NCBI GenBank assembly: GCA_040437565.1
Contig: JBDOQK010000026.1
Location: 124,001 to 188,000, forward strand
DNA length: 64,000 bases
Source of the DNA: Albugo candida
Taxonomy: Eukaryota
Direction: 5' to 3'
The first letter of the stretch is position 1, and each line of letters begins with the position of its first letter. This document shows, in pieces, positions 24,946 through 35,493 of this stretch. Below the pieces are notes generated by a model. The model worked only from the letters and a program-made list of their open reading frames with translations, ran no database searches and was not told where the DNA came from. Made by a program: the position numbers and the translations under genes.

Positions 24946-25503
24946 CTAAATAATTCGAGCTACTTTCGCAGGCACTACACGTGGATTTTCGGAGGTCAAT
25001 TTGCGCTTTGTAGCCAGCTTAAAATTGAATGTGCAATTGTGTTCTTCTGCGTAGCGATGGAGATTACAGAACTTAAATCCACAGTGACAGGTGACCGCCG
25101 TCAATCCAATCCGAGCCTTGCATTCCCAACATCGTCTTCTATTTTTTTGTATTGGAAAATTTGTATCAGGTGAGCCGCTTATTTCGATAGAAAAGACTTG
25201 ATGAGGCATAACTTTTGAGGCGGAATTTTGACTCAATTGCAAGCAATTTCTCCGGAAAATAGCAGCCGGGAGAGGCTCATTTGATAATCGATCCGTCAAG
25301 CCTTCAAGATTGTTTTCAATTGCCGATATTACTCCCATCGTCTCTTTCTTCGCTGAATGAGCGCAAGAGGAGCTAAGAGAAGCTCTTGATTCACCTGAAT
25401 TTGCTGATGAGAAAGGTGTAGTATTATCGTGTCCAAACGGAGTGGTCGACTTCGACTTCGAGGTAGAAGACGTTCCTGGTTCACTGGGTGCTGGAGGCGT
25501 CAT
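24946..25503 (-). CDS. AN1-type zinc finger protein
   Basis: C-terminal RCWECKARIGLTAVTCHCGFKFCNLHRYAEEHNCTFNFK...ENPRVVPAKV. Confidence 0.9.
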   Translation of the reverse strand: MTPPAPSEPGTSSTSKSKSTTPFGHDNTTPFSSANSGESRASLSSSCAHSAKKETMGVISAIENNLEGLTDRLSNEPLPAAIFRRNCLQLSQNSASKVMPHQVFSIEISGSPDTNFPIQKNRRRCWECKARIGLTAVTCHCGFKFCNLHRYAEEHNCTFNFKLATKRKLTSENPRVVPAKVARII

Positions 25504-26010
25504 CTTTGAGGCAAAATTGGAAATGTGTTCAAAAAAAAAACAGACTTTATATGATTCTATGTACCCTCTTCAATACAGGAAAAGAAATTGAAAAATGGAA
25601 ATTTTATTTCACTTTATAAAATGGTTATAACAGACGTATCATATGCATTCTGTCTGTTACTAAGGACGGGGTGGTTTGATTCGTTTTCGGAGTGTGATTA
25701 CGTTTACGCTGAGAAAACATAATCACTCTTTTCCTGCAGTTCGCGACTGCTCGAAAATTTCCTAGTATAACGCAAGCGGGCAACACAAAATCGTTACCGA
25801 GTGTCTCCAAAGTTGCACTTGGACTATACTCAATTGATTTACCCAAATATCGGAATATTGCTATCGATATAGTCGTGGGTTAAAAATTAGTTTTATCGAG
25901 CAGTCCGCTGAAATATATTTGGTAGACAGGGCGCCTAAACCCATCCATGCAATATTTATAACCAACATTCAAGTGGTCTTCTGTCAAATTGCTTCGTCAT
26001 GGTCCTTCGA

Positions 26011-28587
26011 TCATGTACACTCGATCACTTTTCCTATGTTCTTTCTGGCTAAATCGTTAGACTCCATGTTTCGAGAATTTATCAATTCAAACAAATGTTG
26101 TTCTTCTGTCGAGATGACATCTTCCGAAAGTCCACCGTATTCAACTGGAATGTTTTCCAAGGGAATTCGACTTTGTAAAGCTTCTAATATTTGCTTCTTG
26201 CCTCGAACGATGGTGACTTTTGTCTGCGTTACCTCATCCACCATTCCCTTTACTACATTCCAAATCATGCTAAACCAGGAAGGTACGTTGATGATGAAAA
26301 TATACGCACAGCGTTCAGGATAGTGCTTTTCCGTGATACTCGCAGCTTTGCGAACATACTCAATCGTTTCACCAGCAAAGTCACTGAATCCTATCCCTTG
26401 TACGTCCACCACAGATATACATTTTTTCATATCATCTTTCTCCACGACTTGCCACAGAAATTCAGTTACAAGCAAGTAATTATGCAAGAGATCGTCCAGC
26501 TGAATACCCGCACTTTTTAACGCTTTGAGGTTTATCTGACCGGGTTTCTCGTAATAAACAGGTTCTCCTTCCTTTCCTCGTTTGTGATAAAAATGTGGGT
26601 AATTTTGTTTGATGATTTCAAGGTACGGCCACGGACGCAGTAGGATCGAGTCCAGCTCCTCCTCTTTCCGCCAAGCCAAAGTCTGCTGATACCGTTCCAA
26701 CGCTCTTGCTGAATCACCCTTTGCTGCTATAACATAACGCTGTGGGGTTGACAGTGCAGATACGCCAGTGTGTTCGACCGATGGGTGAGATGTCGCACTG
26801 CCTAATACATCGGACTCGTCTTGGTTCGTGCTTTCCAAGCTCTGGTCCTCACATGGACGTTCAGACTTGTTTGCTTTTCTCGGTTTATCGGATGATGCTG
26901 TGTTCGATGTTGACCGTAACGCCAGCTTCTCTCGTGCGGTTTCCGAGATCAGTCGTTCAGGTTGAAATCGATAGTCAACCACAACAAGCTTCAGCGTACT
27001 ATTGGCTTGAGGTTCTTCTTCTTCGAGAGATGGGTGACCAAGTCGGGATGTCACCTGTGCAGGCATTCCAAAGAGGGACGACCAAGGATGATCCAAATGA
27101 ACTGCTGCATAAAAAGCAGGCAGTATCACTAGTATGAATACAAATATTTCTCGTCTCAAAAAAGTGTCCAGCCTTGAAGATTCTCCCATTGTGCTCAGTG
27201 AACCAAGTAGTACGTACGATAAGATGCAATATAGAGGGACAAAGACCTGGATCGGTATCAAACGGATAACTTTCACGCTCATATAAAACACGGACCTCCC
27301 AATTCCCTCTTTGACTTTGTGATTTCCTTTTATAATATCATCTTCATTGAACAGGGAAGATTTTGAAGTGGAAGGATCGAGCTGTGTCTGACGTCGGGGA
27401 CTGCGCAGTTTGTTTTGAGGTGAATCCTTCTCCACTAGCGAAAGTAGCTGTGGAGAAGGTTCACCGACAATTTTGAGTACGAGTTGACCAGGACCTTTCG
27501 ATAAGCTGTGGTGTATAATCGTCGCTTGATCCCAATTGATTCTTGAATTAACTTGGTTTGCTTGATTCGATTCGATGTGCGTAAGAAGGTATTCCTGTAA
27601 ACGATCTCTTGAGATGATGGCTTCCCACTGATTGGCCAAGCAAAGTACGATACGATTTTCATTGCTGTCAATGTCTACGCCCAAGGCCACTGCTCGTTTA
27701 AGGAACTGTTCATACGATGGCAAAACAATTTTCTGCGAGTATTCATATTGGGAAATAATTCTCTTTTGCATGCGTATCTGCTCAATTTTGGGACGATGTG
27801 GTGGAAGAATCGTAAATTTAAGCTCTGTACCTTTGCCATCGGAGCAGATATAGCCACCTGCGATTTGACTTGTATTTTTCTTGTAATTTGAAAGCTTCTT
27901 ATTGTACAAAGCAGTATGTCGACGTGATTCCAGAACAGCAATACTCACTTGATGATCACCATAAAAAACAGGGCTTTGTTTTACCTGAGTTGATTGATTA
28001 GATGCAGGTTGGGTTTCGGAGCTAGTTGCAGTACTAGTCGCCAAACCGGTTGCTTCTGATAAACTCGATAGCGAGTTTCTTCTCGAATCCTTTGCATAAG
28101 AGCAACGGTTGACCCGAAGAGATGCATTCACGTTATTTTTCACGATCTTCCCTTCTTTGTAAAATGCGACATACATTTCGCCAGAGCTTTGACGTGGACG
28201 TGGTCCAATGTAGCCTGTGATTCCACCAGTTTTATTGTTCCACACCCAGCCTCGTCGATTTACGAGAACGACCATATGCCCGTACTCCACAACATCTCCT
28301 ATTTCTCGCACATTCAGAGGGTCTAAGACCGTGAACTCGTCTTCCACAAACAAATGATCCAACTCGTCTCCCAGAGGTGGTACACACGATAATATTCCAT
28401 GTCGACCTTTTTTTTCATAATAACCGATTCCGAGTAACGAGCCCTTTGAGTCTGCTGTCGAGACTTTTGCAGCAATATTCGATCCGGAGAGATAAGATGA
28501 CGTAGCGTATAATCGGATTGTGCATCCATAACGCAGAATTGCGCTTTGATCATAGGTATCTTGCGATTCTGAAATCAGGAGCGCCAT
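26011..28587 (-). CDS. CRAL-TRIO/Sec14 lipid-binding protein with two predicted transmembrane helices and a large N-terminal domain
   Basis: C-terminal ALERYQQTLAWR, GEPVYYEKPG, HYPERCAYIFIINVPSWFSMIWNVVK, IPVEYGG; two central hydrophobic segments. Segment 28891-29220 duplicates the 5' end across a gap. Confidence 0.85.
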   Translation of the reverse strand: MALLISESQDTYDQSAILRYGCTIRLYATSSYLSGSNIAAKVSTADSKGSLLGIGYYEKKGRHGILSCVPPLGDELDHLFVEDEFTVLDPLNVREIGDVVEYGHMVVLVNRRGWVWNNKTGGITGYIGPRPRQSSGEMYVAFYKEGKIVKNNVNASLRVNRCSYAKDSRRNSLSSLSEATGLATSTATSSETQPASNQSTQVKQSPVFYGDHQVSIAVLESRRHTALYNKKLSNYKKNTSQIAGGYICSDGKGTELKFTILPPHRPKIEQIRMQKRIISQYEYSQKIVLPSYEQFLKRAVALGVDIDSNENRIVLCLANQWEAIISRDRLQEYLLTHIESNQANQVNSRINWDQATIIHHSLSKGPGQLVLKIVGEPSPQLLSLVEKDSPQNKLRSPRRQTQLDPSTSKSSLFNEDDIIKGNHKVKEGIGRSVFYMSVKVIRLIPIQVFVPLYCILSYVLLGSLSTMGESSRLDTFLRREIFVFILVILPAFYAAVHLDHPWSSLFGMPAQVTSRLGHPSLEEEEPQANSTLKLVVVDYRFQPERLISETAREKLALRSTSNTASSDKPRKANKSERPCEDQSLESTNQDESDVLGSATSHPSVEHTGVSALSTPQRYVIAAKGDSARALERYQQTLAWRKEEELDSILLRPWPYLEIIKQNYPHFYHKRGKEGEPVYYEKPGQINLKALKSAGIQLDDLLHNYLLVTEFLWQVVEKDDMKKCISVVDVQGIGFSDFAGETIEYVRKAASITEKHYPERCAYIFIINVPSWFSMIWNVVKGMVDEVTQTKVTIVRGKKQILEALQSRIPLENIPVEYGGLSEDVISTEEQHLFELINSRNMESNDLARKNIGKVIECT

Positions 28588-29337
28588 CTACAGCACAAAT
28601 GTTGATGAGACACGAAGGCTCTCTAGCACAAACAACGTACGGGGTTCCACTGCCACACCTGGACTTGCTTTATTGGTGGAAAATACGATAGCTTTCCCAC
28701 AGTACACACGTGTCAACGTGGATGACAGTCGACGGTGGCACGCACACACCAAATGGGTAGGGTGCACATAAAATGAAGGATGGGTTATTGNNNNNNNNNN
28801 NNNNNNNNNNNNNNNNNNNNNNNNNNNNNNNNNNNNNNNNNNNNNNNNNNNNNNNNNNNNNNNNNNNNNNNNNNNNNNNNNNNNNNNNNNAGACTTTTGC
28901 AGCAATATTCGATCCGGAGAGATAAGATGACGTAGCGTATAATCGGATTGTGCATCCATAACGCAGAATTGCGCTTTGATCATAGGTATCTTGCGATTCT
29001 GAAATCAGGAGCGCCATCTACAGCACAAATGTTGATGAGACACGAAGGCTCTCTAGCACAAACAACGTACGGGGTTCCACTGCCACACCTGGACTTGCTT
29101 TATTGGTGGAAAATACGATAGCTTTCCCACAGTACACACGTGTCAACGTGGATGACAGTCGACGGTGGCACGCACACACCAAATGGGTAGGGTGCACATA
29201 AAATGAAGGATGGGTTATTGGTGAAAAATCAGTATCATGTCAGTGAAGCACTAGCTCATCTATTTCTTATCTCTGCGTGCTGATGACAACACTTTCTAAT
29301 ATAAGGAAGAGCGCGATCGACGACGCTTGTACATGGC

Positions 29338-30747
29338 TTAATCCTTCTCTCGTAGATGAGACAGCTGCGGCAAAAACTTGCACGCAAATTTCTTTGAGTT
29401 TTGTTCAACTTTCTCGATCGCTTTTTCCAGGTTAATGAACAGCAACTCTTTCGTTTCTCCCTCCAGGATATGCTCACGGGTCGCAGACTTTGATATGTAC
29501 TCCAGGACCGATGCATGGGCTTTCAAAAGGTCGATAAAATCGATATCAGGGCTCTTTCCGGTCATATGTGAATGATATAAAAACGGGAAGTGGGCAAAAC
29601 GATGCCACTTTCCTCTCCTAAGGTCCAAAGGACGTCTCAGTGAAATAAATTCGCGATTGCCCGTCATTGACGCAGTCTCGACGGCTGCATCATTACTGCA
29701 GCCCCAATTTGGCTCGATTTTCGATTCGGAATATGAGTTTGAATTTGATTGTTGGGAATTTAAGGCTTGAATGATATATCCTTGCTGTATGACTCGCTCA
29801 TATCGACACTGACATTTCAGTTTAGGCCATGTGCCTTCGACTTCAAACCCATGCCCAGTCGTGTATACAAAGTAAAAAATATTCGGGCTTTCTCGGATCC
29901 ATATGTTTTCTTCGGCGGCACCTTTTGTCGACAAAGAATACAGGGCAGTATCTTGCTCAGAATTGCCTGGCCGTATCCACCTGTCCACAGCCAGTTTGAA
30001 TGTATCTAAAGAATCAACCTTCCACTGATCAAGGTGTGCATCAAAAGAAGCATTGCTACGTATAACTGTTCCCACTACAGATACAGCGGCACGAAGCAGG
30101 GCGACGACCGCAGATTGATAAGGATAAGCTGTGCTCGCCGTCAAAGTGCCATGCAGTGGGCTTTCGAGAAATGTAATCGACTCGATCCAATCACGTCCTC
30201 CATCATAAAAAGGATGCGTCTTGTCAACCATAGATTTTACTTCATCGCCACTGAGTACGGCACCGTAGGCTAGCAGGTGGGATAGCATCCGCACAGTTGA
30301 GCCACCCATACTGTGCCCTATGAAGTGAACTTTGTAAATGCTCCCAAAGGCATCTTTTTCTCCCCACTTCGGATAGAGTCCTTCATACTTTCTTCCCAGC
30401 TGGTTGTGCATATATTTATTCGCGTGACCTTGACCATAATCCACTTGGCCACCCTTTACCGCAGCATACAACTCACAAGCCCGATCCCAATTGCTCGAGA
30501 ATGGTCCTATATTCGCAACATACACTTCATGACCTGCCTTAGCAAGCATTTGTGCATAATCACCGTGTTCTTTCCCCCAATATGGATAATCTGGAAAAAC
30601 TTCGCGCTCCCATCCTATCAATCCATGGACCAATACGATTGGATAGGCGGGAATCTCGTTATATTGATGGTGTGCAATCGATTTGGAACCACTGACGAAC
30701 TTGTGGCTACAAAGAACTACCCACACAAAGCTGATCAACAGCGACAT
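29338..30747 (-). CDS. Secreted lipase, Bacillus/Staphylococcus (family I.5/I.6-like) type, paralog 1
   Basis: Signal peptide; PIVLVHG, GPFSSNWDRACELYA, VDYG, GHSMGG nucleophile, NDAAV acid and YHSH His region. Confidence 0.88.
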   Translation of the reverse strand: MSLLISFVWVVLCSHKFVSGSKSIAHHQYNEIPAYPIVLVHGLIGWEREVFPDYPYWGKEHGDYAQMLAKAGHEVYVANIGPFSSNWDRACELYAAVKGGQVDYGQGHANKYMHNQLGRKYEGLYPKWGEKDAFGSIYKVHFIGHSMGGSTVRMLSHLLAYGAVLSGDEVKSMVDKTHPFYDGGRDWIESITFLESPLHGTLTASTAYPYQSAVVALLRAAVSVVGTVIRSNASFDAHLDQWKVDSLDTFKLAVDRWIRPGNSEQDTALYSLSTKGAAEENIWIRESPNIFYFVYTTGHGFEVEGTWPKLKCQCRYERVIQQGYIIQALNSQQSNSNSYSESKIEPNWGCSNDAAVETASMTGNREFISLRRPLDLRRGKWHRFAHFPFLYHSHMTGKSPDIDFIDLLKAHASVLEYISKSATREHILEGETKELLFINLEKAIEKVEQNSKKFACKFLPQLSHLREKD

Positions 30748-32721
30748 CTACCGGAAATCGTGAATTATGAAATATGTGTCATATAATACAAGTCAAATAG
30801 ACGATCAGACATGACGAGTACAACTAAACACCAATGTTAAAAGAGTGCCAGTTTATGATGATGTGGTTGGTGGGTAATGGAATCTCAACAATCGATTGTT
30901 GCTATTTAGCTAACAATTAAACCAAAGAGGACTTTTTTATGCATCCAAGAGCATCATCATAACCCTTCTACTTTAATTTATTTATCAACGATACCTCGAA
31001 AGTTTTCCGGTTTTTAGAAAAGATATAAAATTTGATCTCCAACATAAGATCAGGGAGTGAATAATCATGAATGGATGCGTCAGCGTGTTTCTGTCAATAC
31101 TTGATTGCTAACAAATAGAGTATGACAAGAGCAAGAACTTGTCAACTTGAATAATACTGGTCCGCTGAACGGACCACCTGACTGATAAAAAACAAAATAA
31201 TTTATTCGGTGCTGCAGTGTCTAGCCGTTGCCCGACATCAAAACGGGTAACTGTGCATAATTGCCTCATGTTCAAATTGTAGTGATTTTAGCTAATACAT
31301 CTAATTATTCCCGAGGCCAGGGAGTCATTTGTCGTAGCGCAGGCAGATGGGTCTCGTCGATACCTTTTCAATGAATCACCCCATACCCAAAATATTCCTG
31401 CGCGTACCATAAACTGATGCTTGATTGCAAAACGTTTTAAAATCGAATAATTGATTCGGTCTACTGTAACTAATCCTTCTTCCGTTTGATACAACGTAAT
31501 CCGCATAACTGGGAAAAATATTTGGATCAGTGCATTCATGATAAAGATTCCTTATTGAACGATTGGTTACTGGGAGCCTCGATACTCAAAGAATCACGAT
31601 GTGAATACCTCTGTGACATTATTGCACCTGCAATTTTCGACCTGACTTGCACGGGCTCAAATACTTAATTCTTTGTTGGCTTCAAACATTAGATGATTAT
31701 AGGAATGAATTGCATGATTGAAAGGCTTCCAATCCAATCGTTTTAATCGTTGCGACTTGGTGCAACATTGAAGTTCGATATAATGCTGCATCGATACACA
31801 TTACCTTGGCATTTGTCACAGGTGAGTACTATACACTCTGGCTCACAGACTAACAACACTTTTTCAGCCATCCTTTGGTGAGTGTGCTAATGGAAAAGAC
31901 AAGAAAACATGCTTCAACTGGCACCTTACAGTATCAAGCACGTGAAAGCACTGTGGCATGAAGAAATTGCGTTTCGATTGACGAGAATAGAATTTCTTTT
32001 TTATATCTCTACGAGAACTGCTTGCTACTGTTTGGAGTAGGAAAACAGCACTTCTTTAAAAGCAGAGGAGGTCATGAACGATTAATAAGGTATTCCGGTT
32101 GAATTCTTCTTAAAATCAGTCAATCGGTAGGCTCGGCTACGCTACCGTGTTGAATACTGTTTGGGTACTATCGCAAGCTTTCCTATAGATTCAATGTCGG
32201 AAGGTGTTCAGGACGTTTTACATTGCGAGGATTTGATGATATCTCCTTTGGGAGCTTTATGCACCTTCCGTTGGAGCTAATCCCGGCGCGAAGATTTTGT
32301 AACGACTTCAAACAAGAAACGAATCTGCCACATGAGGGAAATGCAACCGAAGGCAAGTTTATAGGAAGAGAAAGATAGCGAGCATTCATAATAAACGCAC
32401 TTCTACATTTGCCACTTATCATCGGTTAATTTATTCTCTACGCTTCTGATGTCTAATATTCACAGCCCACTTTGTGAGTTCTTCCAAGGAACAGCATGCA
32501 GTATTGAAACGAGTTTTGTAAGGCTGCATGCTCAGAGCGTTATTTCTCATATATGAAATAAGACGACGCACAAAATTAACGCGTAAGATATTGGTGTGAT
32601 CGCAGTGAATTTGTATTATATTTATAATAAAGCACTAGATCCGTCTACTGCCTGCTTCTATGCTAAAACCGCACACATTCTGATCCAGTAAGTCTAGCTA
32701 TGGATATGCGGTGTGAAAAGA

Positions 32722-34206
32722 TTACTTTTCATACTGTTCAACAGCCGACCGCGGTAGAAACTTACAAACAAATTTAGCTGATTCTTTTTTGACTTGATCG
32801 ATCGCTTCTATCAGTTGAAGAATGACTTCCTTACCTTCGATCGCTTGTTTTGGTTGAAGATTGACTTTCTTACCTTCGATCGCTTGTTTCGGTTGAAGAT
32901 TGATTTCATTACCTTCGACCGCAACCAGCGGCAAGTTGTACAGTAGCCATGAGTGGGCTTTCAGAAGGTTGATGGGATTAACATCACGGCACCTTCCGGT
33001 CATATGTGCATGATATAAGAACGGGAAATGAGCAAAATAGTACCACTTTCCTCGCTCAAGCTTCAGAGATTCTTTAAGCTCGGTAACTACGTGATCACCC
33101 GCCATTGACTTTGTCTCCACGAGTCCATCATTACTACAGCCCCATTTTCCTCCAGCTTCCGAGCCTGAACTTGTTGGCGATTTTGATGTTGATGTCGATT
33201 TCGCTTTGGATTTTAATTCTGAATTTTGAGGTTTCAAACAGCAAAATAGACTCGCCTGCAATATGACTCGCTCGGGGCATTTCATTTTGGACCAGATGCC
33301 TTTCATTTCAATATCATGCCCAGTTGTGTACAAGAAATAATAAACTTCCTTGCTTTCCTTGATCCATTCGTTCTCTTTTGCGGCACCTTTCGTCGTCAAA
33401 GAGTAAAAGGCTGTATCTTTATAGGAATTCCCTGGCAGCGCCCACCTCCTCAAGGCCTTTTTAAAAGTACCCCATGAATTGATTTTCCACTGGTCAAGAT
33501 GCAAATCAATGGAAGGCTTCCTAAAAAGTGTCTTATATAAAGATGCACTGGCACGAATGATGGGGATTAGCACTGCTTGTACAGGATAGAGCTTGTTCGA
33601 CAACACAGTACCATGCAATGGGCTCTCCAGAAATGTAATAGACTCGATCCAATCGCGTCCTCCAGCGTAAAACGGATGCGTATTCTCTACCATTGAGCTT
33701 ATTCCGCCTTTACTGCCTTTGGCACCAAAAGCCAGCAGGTGGGATAGCATCCGCACAGTCGGGCCACCCATACTGTGCGCGATAAAGTGAACTTTCTTAA
33801 TCTTTCCTGGCTCTTCTTCTCCCCACTGTGGATAGAGTCCTTTATACGTCCGTCCCAGCTGTTTGTGTTTGAATTTCCTCGCGTGACCCTGACCATAATC
33901 CACTTGTCCACCCTTCACCACAGCATACAACTCACATGCCCGATCCCAATTGCTCGAGAGTGGACCTATTGTAGCAGTATGCACTTCATAACCTGCTTCT
34001 TTAAGCGAGCTTTCGTAATCATGGTGTTCTTTCCCCCAATATTTGTACGTCGGAAAAGTTTCCCGATCCCATCCTAGTAATCCATGGACCAATATGATTG
34101 GGAATTTCTGGTCGTCGCTATTCAGGTCACGTACAGGCGACCCGGAAGCACTCAGGAAGGGATGGCTGCAAAATGCTACCCGCGCAAAGAAGATACACAG
34201 TCGCAT
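32722..34206 (-). CDS. Secreted lipase, family I.5/I.6-like, paralog 2
   Basis: ATG at 34206 (MRLCIFF..., signal peptide); PIILVHG, SSNWDRACELY, AHSMGG, NDGLV, YHAH. Confidence 0.88.
   Translation of the reverse strand: MRLCIFFARVAFCSHPFLSASGSPVRDLNSDDQKFPIILVHGLLGWDRETFPTYKYWGKEHHDYESSLKEAGYEVHTATIGPLSSNWDRACELYAVVKGGQVDYGQGHARKFKHKQLGRTYKGLYPQWGEEEPGKIKKVHFIAHSMGGPTVRMLSHLLAFGAKGSKGGISSMVENTHPFYAGGRDWIESITFLESPLHGTVLSNKLYPVQAVLIPIIRASASLYKTLFRKPSIDLHLDQWKINSWGTFKKALRRWALPGNSYKDTAFYSLTTKGAAKENEWIKESKEVYYFLYTTGHDIEMKGIWSKMKCPERVILQASLFCCLKPQNSELKSKAKSTSTSKSPTSSGSEAGGKWGCSNDGLVETKSMAGDHVVTELKESLKLERGKWYYFAHFPFLYHAHMTGRCRDVNPINLLKAHSWLLYNLPLVAVEGNEINLQPKQAIEGKKVNLQPKQAIEGKEVILQLIEAIDQVKKESAKFVCKFLPRSAVEQYEK
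32831..32917 (-). repeat. 39-bp coding tandem repeat (NLQPKQAIEGK[K/E]V) in lipase 2
   Basis: ttaccttcgatcgcttgtttYggttgaagattga occurs twice at a 39-bp period, plus a partial third copy. Confidence 0.85.
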
Positions 34207-34501
34207 CTGCCAGGAAATTTGAGAATGTGGCTGGATTGGACACGTCCGCAGGTGCAATCAGACGTCAGGATGACAACTAGACACCAATGTTTAAGAAGCT
34301 GCCACTTTGTAATGATGTATTGGTGGTATTGGAATCAAACACTGTATTTTTGCGATTTGTTGGAGAATTCAAGTAAGAGGGCTTTTCTATGCAGTAAATC
34401 ATGCTAGAACGTCATGTTGTCTACCGATTTTAATGGAGCTGATCACGACACTTCGAAAACTTGCTGGATTTATAGAAAATATAACTTTTAAGGGATTATA
34501 C

Positions 34502-35238
34502 GGGTATTGATATCCCGACAACTTTTTTTTAAACTACATTTATTTTTAATTTAGATTACGTCATGCCTACTTAAATTATACTCCACACTTTTTCTTGGAA
34601 GTTTACATTTTCAACAAGTAGAAGTCATTTACGTCTAAGGCTAATATTCTAGTAATATAGGTACCTTCAACTGAGCTAAACACTCCTCATTAATAGACGA
34701 TTCATTGCCGGTTATTCGTTGTTGAGCTATGATGCGTCGTAAAGACTTAACAATTATTATGTACCAACGCCGGAAATAAAATGTATCAGGAAAATTATCT
34801 ATTTACTAGAGCTTGTCCTGGATCTGGGCCAGCCAAAGTTGTATTCCTCACAGGCGGCGCGGTGGTGCCAATTTGCATCTACCTGAGCTTATTTGCATCT
34901 GAACAAGCTTGCCAATGATTGCTTTGTACATGCAAAGGTGTTATCTCTCTTCAAGTTGCTATTATAGAGTAGAATGTATCAAAAGAAAATTGCGAGATGT
35001 ATTAGCCAATCACAGTTGAAACATCAGTCTATTAGCCAATCAAAAATAATAATCTCGATTAAGGTTGTTGGAGCAACAATTTAGGGTGTGTATGGATGTA
35101 ATTAGTTAGCAATGTAAAATTATGTATGTAGTATTAAAAAAAGAAGTAGCTGTGAGAGTAATAATTCAACTAGGCATGCTGTAATTTAAAAATAAAGTTG
35201 TCGGGATATTCAAAAAAGTTGTCGGGATATCAATACCC
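34502..35238. mobile_element. Non-autonomous DNA transposon (MITE-like), 737 bp, 8-bp target-site duplication
   Basis: Perfect terminal inverted repeats GGGTATTGATATCCCGACAACTTTTTT / AAAAAAGTTGTCGGGATATCAATACCC, imperfect to about 90 bp; flanked by GATTATAC at 34494-34501 and 35239-35246; AT-rich, no ORF. Confidence 0.9.
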
Positions 35239-35246
35239 GATTATAC

Positions 35247-35493
35247 AATCCCTAACTTAAATGAGAACACCGGTATCACCACACCCCCCAAAATCCCAAG
35301 TCAATGGGAAACGGTATCGCCACACTCGCTGAACATTAACATTAATTGAATCAGGAAACCGGTATCGCTACACGCCCTAAAATCCTCTCAATCGAATCGA
35401 ACGCCCTGAGTACTAAAAATGCTGTGTAGTCCACGCATCAACATGCAAAATAAAGCAACGCAGTTCCATCTTCATCGAGCCGAGTTTCCAACA
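35247..35493 (-). repeat. Putative 3' LTR of the Copia element
   Basis: On the minus strand the purine tract GGAGGAG directly precedes TGTTGG at 35493; contains three CGGTATCRCYACAC subrepeats. The distal end is uncertain. Confidence 0.55.

Noticed and set aside
35269-35375. Three short spaced repeats resembling a CRISPR array
   Set aside because: Only about 15 bp, imperfect, inside a putative LTR in a eukaryote, with no cas genes.
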